Below are positions 17,398 to 25,238 of a DNA stretch of 32,329 nucleotides, piece after piece. Where the stretch lies: positions 1 to 32,329 of the IMG/VR virus record IMGVR_UViG_3300044724_000778, one strand, 5' to 3'. The DNA comes from a virus. Taxonomy: Duplodnaviria; Caudoviricetes. A program made the translations under genes and the position numbers. A model generated the notes under the pieces. That model ran no database searches and was not told the DNA's origin. It saw only the letters and a list, made by a program, of their open reading frames with translations. Position 1 is the first letter of the stretch. Each line of letters starts with the position of its first letter.

Positions 17398-17849
17398 TTT
17401 CTCCTTTTGGCTGTCGCCTTGTATTTGTTGGGTTGATCTTTCTCTCTACGAGCTTTTGCAGTTAAGCTCTTGGCCTTAGAGCCTCCATGCTTAACTGCTG
17501 TTCTTGCGGCGTGGCTTTTAATACTTGACCAGTCTGAACCTGGAGTGGAGCTTCCTGGTGTGAAACCCTTCGCAGTTCTTCCTGATACTCTTTGTTGCTT
17601 GCTACTGCCCCAGCCACTAGCAGTAGTAACATATAGTCTGTATGAACCCTTTGTAGAAAAGATACTTCCTGGTTTAGTCTGAGATAATGCCTTTTTTATT
17701 GTGTCGTATACAGGCACCTTACTCTTTCTAGATACTGATCTTTCTTTCCTCTTATAACCACCTCTGCCGTTAGGATATCTGCTAGACTTTTTTTCGTCTA
17801 ACTGATGCTCTTCGTCTTTTAGCTTTTTTATTACGCTTATTAGGCTCAT
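17394..17849 (-). CDS. Highly basic hypothetical head-region protein (151 aa; start moved to ATG 17849)
   Basis: GGAGGAG SD precedes ATG 17849; Lys/Arg/Ser-rich after a QLDE motif; stop overlaps the gp21 start. Confidence 0.7.
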   Translation of the reverse strand: MSLISVIKKLKDEEHQLDEKKSSRYPNGRGGYKRKERSVSRKSKVPVYDTIKKALSQTKPGSIFSTKGSYRLYVTTASGWGSSKQQRVSGRTAKGFTPGSSTPGSDWSSIKSHAARTAVKHGGSKAKSLTAKARREKDQPNKYKATAKRRK

Positions 17850-18210
17850 GAGATTCTCCTCCAGCAAAGTTAGGAGCACCGATGCTCCCTACAGTAGTAG
17901 TTCCTGGTCCGTAGTGAAACTCATTAAGAAGTGCCTTCAGTTCATTAACCTTGATCTGAATTTGCTCCTTAAGGTGCTTCCTTCTTTCTTCTTGAAGATT
18001 GACCTCAGGTACATCCTGTCTTCTAACTCCAAAAGAATTAGATAGAACGGCATCGACATCTTCTTGAAGAACTTGTACATTCTCTATATCTGGTACATTG
18101 CCCCTCACGGGAGCTTTGCGTGAAACAGGCTGAGGATTGGCTTTCTCTCGCTCTAATAAATTAAGAGCGAAATCGCCAATCCCCATACCTATTTCGTTAA
18201 GAGAAGCCAT
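17782..18210 (-). CDS. Hypothetical prohead protein carrying a copy of the capsid N-arm peptide
   Basis: Contains LNE-FH-YGPGTTTVGSIG, identical to MCP IDE-AA-YGPGTTTVGSIG; basic C-terminus. Confidence 0.75.
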   Translation of the reverse strand: MASLNEIGMGIGDFALNLLEREKANPQPVSRKAPVRGNVPDIENVQVLQEDVDAVLSNSFGVRRQDVPEVNLQEERRKHLKEQIQIKVNELKALLNEFHYGPGTTTVGSIGAPNFAGGESHEPNKRNKKAKRRRASVRRKKV

Positions 18211-18221
18211 GGTTATTTAAA

Positions 18222-18632
18222 TCAGCAGGCTTCGCCGCTGTCCATGCCCTTTTTGGCTTTCTTCTTCTTGTAAGCTTCGATAAGAGCTACGACATCCTCA
18301 AGCTCTTCTTCATCAAGATCCTCAAGGAGATCAATCTCCTCTTCTTCTTCGATGACATCACCGTCTTCTTCAGCAGCGGCAGCCTCGGCTAGAATCTGCT
18401 CTGCCTCTTGGAAGGTTTGGTACATAGCGCCTGCGTGCTCCATAAGTTGCTCGTCTGAAAGTTCCTCTTCGAGATGTGACTCGCAGAGAGGGCAGACATG
18501 AGCCTCTACAACCTCTTCGGAAGATTCCTCAAGAATCTCTTGCTGCTCGACTTCAGCAGACTCGTTAATAAAACCAGCCTTGGTCCAGGCTGCGGTGCCA
18601 AGTACGGCTTCTCTTAATTGATCTTTGTTCAT
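18222..18632 (-). CDS. Very acidic prohead-core-like protein with a CPLC motif (136 aa; start moved to ATG 18632)
   Basis: AGGAG SD before ATG 18632; Glu-rich with multiple I/LxE sites; HVCPLCESHL. Confidence 0.7.
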   Translation of the reverse strand: MNKDQLREAVLGTAAWTKAGFINESAEVEQQEILEESSEEVVEAHVCPLCESHLEEELSDEQLMEHAGAMYQTFQEAEQILAEAAAAEEDGDVIEEEEEIDLLEDLDEEELEDVVALIEAYKKKKAKKGMDSGEAC

Positions 18633-18643
18633 GATAAACTCCT

Positions 18644-18689
18644 GACGGTTCAACCGTCTGTAGATATGTATATCTAATTAAATTTAATT
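18644..18689. promoter_or_regulatory. Three adjacent inverted repeats upstream of the head module
   Basis: GACGGTT-C-AACCGTC (18644-18658), TAGATAT-GT-ATATCTA (18661-18676) and AATTAAATTTAATT (18676-18689). Confidence 0.5.
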
Positions 18690-18710
18690 GATGATTTTTC
18701 CTTATTTTTG

Positions 18711-18977
18711 TTAGGCTCCTGCAAATACATCAGTGCTAGGATTAGCTGTTACAGGAGCGGCATGTGGAGAAACCCCATGTCCTGTGATTGCATCTCCTGG
18801 TAAAGACACCTTAGATCCTTCTGCAAAAACCGTTGATGATCCAGGCCCTATTATCGAAGCTCCTGCGCTATCTACCTCTATCCTAGTAATTCCCTTACCG
18901 TTAACAAACACGGTAGAGCTACCCGTGTTTGTATCACCACAGGTAGCTGCGTCTCCTTGTCTTTCTATTCCAGGCAT
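18711..18977 (-). CDS. PAAR-family spike-tip protein (gp5.4-like)
   Basis: RQGDAATCG...GSSTVFVNGKGITR...GSSTVFAEG...GD...H...H...STDVFAG. Confidence 0.9.
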   Translation of the reverse strand: MPGIERQGDAATCGDTNTGSSTVFVNGKGITRIEVDSAGASIIGPGSSTVFAEGSKVSLPGDAITGHGVSPHAAPVTANPSTDVFAGA

Positions 18978-21900
18978 CAGGGGAAAGGCTCCGGTGTTTC
19001 AGTTTCGTAGTCTCCTTCTAGCTTGGTTGTTCTAGTAGGAGGAGCTATGTAATTATTTATCGTGGCATCCTTCGTCGTTGTAGGAACAAATGATACTTTA
19101 GGGAATAGTTCCTTCACGCTTTCTTTAGTAGCCAATCTATTTAATGATAGTGAAGATCTAAGTTTTTTGTAATCAAGAGCTTCCGTTATAAGAAGTTTCC
19201 TATCTGAAATAGACATCTTACCGAGGATTGTGGGCCAAGGAACTGTGCTTGTTCGAGCGTCAATAAACTCTCCAGATGTCTTTGAGTTCTCTAGAGCAGT
19301 CAGTAATGTTCTAACAGGGCTTGCTTTTCTAGGTAGAACCTCGGCATCATTCCTGTAAGGTCTTACCGTGTTTTTTATTTTTGTTGAATTGAATTTGAAA
19401 GCCACTTGGCTGTCTGTTTGAGCAGTAGGAACAGCACCTTCACCATAACCTACAACCTCAGTATCAAGAATAGGATTCTCTAATCCTTCTCTCCGCTTTA
19501 TAAGATTTCTCTTGAAGATCATTCTTCTTTCAGATAGAGACACGAATGTAGACCTAGAGAACCCAGTTTGAAGGTCCTCTCTATCTGTAGGAACTATGGC
19601 TATGGTCCAAGGTATCCTTCTTGGGAAGATAGGAACCTCGTCATTGTAACCAACGAAAGCATCCAAAGAGAAGTCCTTGAAAGTGGCTCTTAAAGTATTA
19701 CTATCTTCTAAGTGATCCAAGAAAGGATCCTCGTTACTTACATAGAAAGTATTAAATGGGAAGGGGTTGTAGGACATCCAATCATCCACATCCTCATAAT
19801 TCATGACCTCATAAGTAGCTTTCGATACCCTAATAAGTTCATGGGGTCTCTCCAGATCCTCTAGACTCTCTGTATTAAGCTTGAGAACATAAACCTCAGG
19901 TCTAGAGGCAGAAAGATCAGCGTCCTTCTCTACAAGATTAGCTTCATCACTACTAACATCTAAAACGATATCGTAGTCTACATTGAGCATACCGAATATC
20001 TTTTCAATATCGTTGAAGTTTAATGTAGATACTCTATCTCTATCAAACTGAAGAGGTATCTGTAATCCTCCTGTAATAGCAGTTTGATATACATCTCCTG
20101 GGCTTATGGTAAGTGTTGATAGGCTACCGTCTGATAATGAAAGATCGAACTTGTCATTCTGATCTATGAAGACTCTCTCCTGATCTCCGTTACTCAACAC
20201 AACCAACAAGTGTTTATCTACATCAGGTGCTACAGTTTTCCATAGGCGCATCTTCTCTCGCTCTATATCAGAACCGTAATTAGCATAGTTCAACGAGACT
20301 TTGTTTTCAAATGCGTGCGTGACTGCGCCAGACTCAGAAATCTTACCAGTGTAAAGAGGGACATCAGGGTCCTCAAAATCGAACAGAACTTTTCTTATTT
20401 CTGGTATAGATATATCATTTACAGTTCCTTCGATGATATGTCTATGGATGGAAGATAGGATATCATTCCTAACCTTCTTTCCTTGTCTAGTATTTTTAAT
20501 CTGAGATAGTCTTCTAGAAATATCAGATACAAGAGAGTTCTCTATATTATCGTAAGTAAGTTCACCAAAAGGAAGGTCTGTAGCTTGTGTCGTTCTTTGT
20601 GATCTTATATCTGCTATAGCTTCTAAAGCATAGTGAACTCTTTCCTTAAATAAGTCTGTCCTGTAACTCTTATTCTTTTCAGGTATGAATTTTCTACTCC
20701 TTCTATAGAAGTTATTATTAAGGTCTCTGTCCTCAATGTTTAGATTAACATTCTTTGTATACTCTCTCCTAATCTGACCCTCTGCTGTATTTACAAACCT
20801 ACCGTCATTAGGAGGTGGAGTATTTCCAGACTGACCTCCTCCTCCAGGACCTCCTCCTCCACCAGGATCACAGAAATTACCTCCCCCAGCATTCCAAGGG
20901 TCTGCTCCGTAGTCTATCTCGTTAGCATCTATACAATCATCACAAATAGGAACAGCCGCAGTTGCGCCTCCACCATCAATTATGAACCTATATGCCGTAG
21001 GCTGTATAAAGTTACCGTTGGCGTCAGAAACTTTTATAGTAAATAAAGGAGGAGTTGGATTAGTAGGTTCATTGATTGGACAAGATACGAAGGTTACTCT
21101 CATCTTATTCGTACCTGGAACAGGTTCAACACATTCAACTGCTCCAAAAGTGGAGTCTGTTATATCAATCGTATCGAAAAGTATTGGAAGGCTGTTATAA
21201 TTTTCATCAAACCCTTCTACATCAATATAACTAGTTCCTTCGTCACAACATACTCTTGGTTCTCTTGAAGGAACGACATTCATAAACTGTCCTGGATTTC
21301 CTCCAGCAATTCCTGCATCAGGATCTCTCATAACAACAACAGTTTGAGGCCAGTAAGGGGCTTCTTGTGAAAATTCAAGATAGGTTATAGGATTAGGATC
21401 TACAACAGGATCACAGTCAGTACAAGGAAGAACAGTATATCTGTCACCGTTTACAATCTTTCCTCCAGTTACATAATCATAAACATCATCACAGGTAAGG
21501 TTCGTACCAGTAAGTAAGAAGAACTCAACCCATTGATTAACAGGTCTTATATCTATCTCACAATAAGCGTTTGAGGTTCCTACATTTCTACATACATTTA
21601 ATTCACACTCCTCTGGAGGTGGAGGAGGTGGAGGACAGTTATTACAGTCTTGCTCTTGGCTGTAACGGTTATTACCTACGACAGTTGGGAGGATACCATT
21701 AATATCCTCACACTCACAATTTCCTGCTGGACAAGTAACTCCTAAAATCCCTGCCCACTCATTAGCAGTTTTTGTAACATTGAGTTGACACTCTGCATTA
21801 ACTTGATCTTGGTAGTTAATACAGATGGTAACATCACACTCAGGAGAAGGCTCATTACAGTTTTGATTACAAGTGGATGCACCACGGTAGTATATTTTTC

Positions 21901-22795
21901 CTGTTGCAATTTCTGCTACACCTGCCGCAGCAGCATTCTTAATATCATTACAAACAATTCTGCCTCCAGGCCCCGAACCTCCTCCAGGAAAGCTTAATCC
22001 AAGAGAAAGTAACCATTGATCTATGGGCCTAGTTTCACGCTCACATTCGTAAATAGTCTCATTACAAGTCCATAAACTGCATCCTGCATCAGGTGTTGCA
22101 GGTCCTTGAGGTCCTTGACCTGGAGTGGTTGGAGTAGGTGGATCTCCAGGGTCATCTTCAACACAACACTCACCTGAGTTTATACAGTCCTGAGCCGTAT
22201 TATAATAATTCCCCCCTGGTCCTCCTGGTGGATTAGTTACATAGTAAGAAGCACAGTCGTCGTAGCAAGTTCCTGGGGGCAAGGCTGGGCTACACTTAAA
22301 TATCCCAGTCACATGATTAGGAACAGTTTGGCATCCGTTTCCTGGGCAAACTACCGTTGTATTGTCAGGGCAGAGTCCTGCATCGCAATCAAATGTTGTA
22401 CATTCCTCAGGAGCCATAGCTTGTGATGCAAATGGGGTTCCGTTAGGAATCAATGACATTATAAACTCTCCAACAACAGTTCCGTCTGGAACTACGGGAG
22501 GGAATACATAAGTATTATTAGGACCTGTACAGTCATCATCATCAGCAAGTCCCGCTCCTTTGAGATCATCAAAGGTTATACATACCTGTTCTATTGTCGT
22601 TGTACCTATTGAGGTTTGTGTGCTCCTAGTGCAGTAAAAATAACAAGCTTCGCTATAATTACACTCACCTCCACCGTCATCAACGGGTTCGTCAGGCCCT
22701 CCTCCATCAAAATCACCACAACAGTCCGGTGGAGTATTATCTCCTCCAGTTAAATAGTTGTGTGCTCTGAGTATACAATTGAGGAATACCGACAT
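18977..22795 (-). CDS. 1272-aa probable virion protein with Cys/Pro/Gly-rich N-terminal half and Cys-free C-terminal half
   Basis: Long ORF translationally coupled to PAAR (TGATG); three internal Cys repeats. Confidence 0.7.
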   Translation of the reverse strand: MSVFLNCILRAHNYLTGGDNTPPDCCGDFDGGGPDEPVDDGGGECNYSEACYFYCTRSTQTSIGTTTIEQVCITFDDLKGAGLADDDDCTGPNNTYVFPPVVPDGTVVGEFIMSLIPNGTPFASQAMAPEECTTFDCDAGLCPDNTTVVCPGNGCQTVPNHVTGIFKCSPALPPGTCYDDCASYYVTNPPGGPGGNYYNTAQDCINSGECCVEDDPGDPPTPTTPGQGPQGPATPDAGCSLWTCNETIYECERETRPIDQWLLSLGLSFPGGGSGPGGRIVCNDIKNAAAAGVAEIATGKIYYRGASTCNQNCNEPSPECDVTICINYQDQVNAECQLNVTKTANEWAGILGVTCPAGNCECEDINGILPTVVGNNRYSQEQDCNNCPPPPPPPEECELNVCRNVGTSNAYCEIDIRPVNQWVEFFLLTGTNLTCDDVYDYVTGGKIVNGDRYTVLPCTDCDPVVDPNPITYLEFSQEAPYWPQTVVVMRDPDAGIAGGNPGQFMNVVPSREPRVCCDEGTSYIDVEGFDENYNSLPILFDTIDITDSTFGAVECVEPVPGTNKMRVTFVSCPINEPTNPTPPLFTIKVSDANGNFIQPTAYRFIIDGGGATAAVPICDDCIDANEIDYGADPWNAGGGNFCDPGGGGGPGGGGQSGNTPPPNDGRFVNTAEGQIRREYTKNVNLNIEDRDLNNNFYRRSRKFIPEKNKSYRTDLFKERVHYALEAIADIRSQRTTQATDLPFGELTYDNIENSLVSDISRRLSQIKNTRQGKKVRNDILSSIHRHIIEGTVNDISIPEIRKVLFDFEDPDVPLYTGKISESGAVTHAFENKVSLNYANYGSDIEREKMRLWKTVAPDVDKHLLVVLSNGDQERVFIDQNDKFDLSLSDGSLSTLTISPGDVYQTAITGGLQIPLQFDRDRVSTLNFNDIEKIFGMLNVDYDIVLDVSSDEANLVEKDADLSASRPEVYVLKLNTESLEDLERPHELIRVSKATYEVMNYEDVDDWMSYNPFPFNTFYVSNEDPFLDHLEDSNTLRATFKDFSLDAFVGYNDEVPIFPRRIPWTIAIVPTDREDLQTGFSRSTFVSLSERRMIFKRNLIKRREGLENPILDTEVVGYGEGAVPTAQTDSQVAFKFNSTKIKNTVRPYRNDAEVLPRKASPVRTLLTALENSKTSGEFIDARTSTVPWPTILGKMSISDRKLLITEALDYKKLRSSLSLNRLATKESVKELFPKVSFVPTTTKDATINNYIAPPTRTTKLEGDYETETPEPFP

Positions 22796-22796
22796 T

Positions 22797-25238
22797 TTAC
22801 TTTAGATAAATAACTTCTCTATTATCAGTATCAGGTCTATAGTAAGAAGGGTAACCCATGATAGTGTACTTAACAGTTGGATAAGTACAAGCAATAACTG
22901 GTGATGCTGGTGACGAACTATTCATAGAATAGCTCTCAGGGTTATTTTGATCCCAGTCCAAGATACTGTGAGTTACAGCAAAGTTTGGATAAGTAGACCC
23001 TGCGTTTCTGTACCAATCATTTCCTACACTAAACATGTTCTTGTTGTAACCACCTGATCCAGGGTTATTATCAGCCCAGGGGTGATTGATTCCAGGCTGT
23101 GTCTCAGTTCTACTAGAGAAGAATGAGTTGAAGGCAGCCATAACTGTGAAGGAGTTACCTTCTTTAGACACTGTTAATCCTGCGTATTGTCTAGGCCAGA
23201 AGTCGTCAGAGTCACTAGAGTTTCTATGATACCAATCGCTTACAGTTGTTGGGACACAGTTTACAAACTCTACGATAACATCATAGTATGACATCCAAGG
23301 AACATTACCAGTGTCAACTTGAATCTTCTTCCTACAGAAAGCTAGGGCAGCACCCGCACCATCTCTCTTATACGCTCCTAATGCGTCAATTGAATCATGG
23401 AAACTTTCGTATATAGATGCATTGTTTAAAGTAACACCTGTCTCACTTCCCTGTTGTCTAGCAAGCCAAGTTCTATCATTTCTATAAGATCCAGCACTGT
23501 TTTTTCCTAAAACCCATGGAGCTACTTCCCAGTCAGGAAGTTCTCTTAAGGTTGTACCCCCTGGAACATGACCTTGGTTTATAAGCCACGAATATCTTGC
23601 CTCAGCATTTGAAGGGTTCTGTATTATATTTTGCCAATCAGGATGGCCCATAGCCATTTTGAGTAGAGCACCTTCAACACCGTACTTAAGACCTCCAAAT
23701 ATATAACCAGAACCTACAACTCTAGGTACAGTTGGAATCTCTGGGACACTAGGAATTAGTTCAATAACCTCTGCCCTAACCTTTCTTATCGTATCGCCTA
23801 GCTCCTCCTTTCCAACAGCAGGGTTAGCAAAAGATAGAGGAGGGTTAGCAGCAGCAATACCCGCTCTCTCATTGTAAGCAAGCTCAGTTGTTCTTAGGAA
23901 AGGTCTGATATCAAGAATGTCGGCTGCCGTTATGGCAGTTGCATCTTTCTTTACAATGATATAAGCAAGAGGTAGAACAGACTGACCGATAAGGGCTAGG
24001 TTATTAGTCTCTAGATCAATCTGTAAAAGAGGAGCAATGTTAAGAAGGTCATCAGGAGATGGGAAGTTACCATAGTAACCCTCCATTCCTGCTACATCTT
24101 GTATTTGATCAGCAACCGTAGCAGCTATTTGGTTATAACCATACTGATAATCCTCGCTATCGACAAACGAGAAGTAGTTTGCACCTATATTCTTACCAGC
24201 GGTCCACTCGGTAGAATCACCAATCCAAGAAGTACCATCAGTATAAGTATCAAAAACTCCAAAGTTAGGTCCATTACCCTTAAGACCTATAGCGCCTGCT
24301 CCTTTTACAATACCTAATTGAGGTTCTGTTATCATTGCAGGAGCAGCGCCGTCCTTTTTAAGGATTGTCGTGCTAGAAGCATCAATAGGATGAGAGTAAA
24401 CAAACAGTAAGTCGATTCTGTAACTAGGCTCGAAGTCTGTTTGATTCATAAAATCCGCTGCATCGAATGGAGCAACTTCTATACTTAAAGTCTCTGGGAC
24501 ATTTACGACTGCTGTTCTGGCAGTACCTCCCCACCATTTGATGAAGTCTGAGAATAGCTGCTGTAAATCTGATCTTGTATTACCTATAATCAGAGATGCT
24601 GTTCCTGGGTGATCCGAAGTCTTTTCTTGTCTGATGGTGGTCTTCTTAATTAAAGGAAGGTTGTCCATACCAGCCAAGGCATTGTTGGAGTAAGTTCCGT
24701 ATCGACCAGTCCAGGATGTTATGAATCCTTGATAAGGAGTACAGACATGGTGAAGAACTGCATCGTATAGTCCGTTGTTAAGTATCAGATTTCCAGTAAC
24801 TTCACCCGCAAGAGTCTTTATAAAGTTTTCAGATACTTTAAAATCGAAATCCCCCATTCCGGGGTTAGTGACACTAGGAAGATCGCTTTGAAGATAAATA
24901 ATATCAATAAGCTTTTTCTTATAAGCATCGTTGATTCTAGCGGTATACCTTCCTGGCTTTACGAATGCCTTGAAAGAAGTATCATCAGCGAAAGGTCTTA
25001 GCTCATTAATCTGATTTCTTTCAATGCCAGATAGAAGACCTACTGAACCTCCACCAATCTGATCCCGTAGCCATAGAACATTCTTCTCTAGTTGCTCAAG
25101 AGGAATGTTATCTACCTGCCAGTAGTAAGGATCATTAGACTTGAAGTATCTAATTGGTTGTGTGAATTGATAAGCACTCTCCTTCCATTGTGTAGGAGGT
25201 TGAGGTACTTGTCCTGGTCCGTAGTTATTGTGTGCCAT
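22797..25238 (-). CDS. Baseplate/tail-associated structural protein (813 aa)
   Basis: N-terminal WQVDNIPLEQLE helix shared with the upstream gene; RIDLLFVY and ILDIRPFL are common in phage baseplate/fibre proteins. Confidence 0.6.
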   Translation of the reverse strand: MAHNNYGPGQVPQPPTQWKESAYQFTQPIRYFKSNDPYYWQVDNIPLEQLEKNVLWLRDQIGGGSVGLLSGIERNQINELRPFADDTSFKAFVKPGRYTARINDAYKKKLIDIIYLQSDLPSVTNPGMGDFDFKVSENFIKTLAGEVTGNLILNNGLYDAVLHHVCTPYQGFITSWTGRYGTYSNNALAGMDNLPLIKKTTIRQEKTSDHPGTASLIIGNTRSDLQQLFSDFIKWWGGTARTAVVNVPETLSIEVAPFDAADFMNQTDFEPSYRIDLLFVYSHPIDASSTTILKKDGAAPAMITEPQLGIVKGAGAIGLKGNGPNFGVFDTYTDGTSWIGDSTEWTAGKNIGANYFSFVDSEDYQYGYNQIAATVADQIQDVAGMEGYYGNFPSPDDLLNIAPLLQIDLETNNLALIGQSVLPLAYIIVKKDATAITAADILDIRPFLRTTELAYNERAGIAAANPPLSFANPAVGKEELGDTIRKVRAEVIELIPSVPEIPTVPRVVGSGYIFGGLKYGVEGALLKMAMGHPDWQNIIQNPSNAEARYSWLINQGHVPGGTTLRELPDWEVAPWVLGKNSAGSYRNDRTWLARQQGSETGVTLNNASIYESFHDSIDALGAYKRDGAGAALAFCRKKIQVDTGNVPWMSYYDVIVEFVNCVPTTVSDWYHRNSSDSDDFWPRQYAGLTVSKEGNSFTVMAAFNSFFSSRTETQPGINHPWADNNPGSGGYNKNMFSVGNDWYRNAGSTYPNFAVTHSILDWDQNNPESYSMNSSSPASPVIACTYPTVKYTIMGYPSYYRPDTDNREVIYLK

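Noticed and set aside
18733-19035. 100-aa plus-strand ORF and other short antisense ORFs over structural genes
   Set aside because: Antisense shadows of strongly supported genes such as PAAR, sheath and gp21; no independent signals.
25212-25223. YGPG near the N-terminus of the 813-aa protein as a third N-arm copy
   Set aside because: Only four residues match and there is no preceding xE cleavage site.
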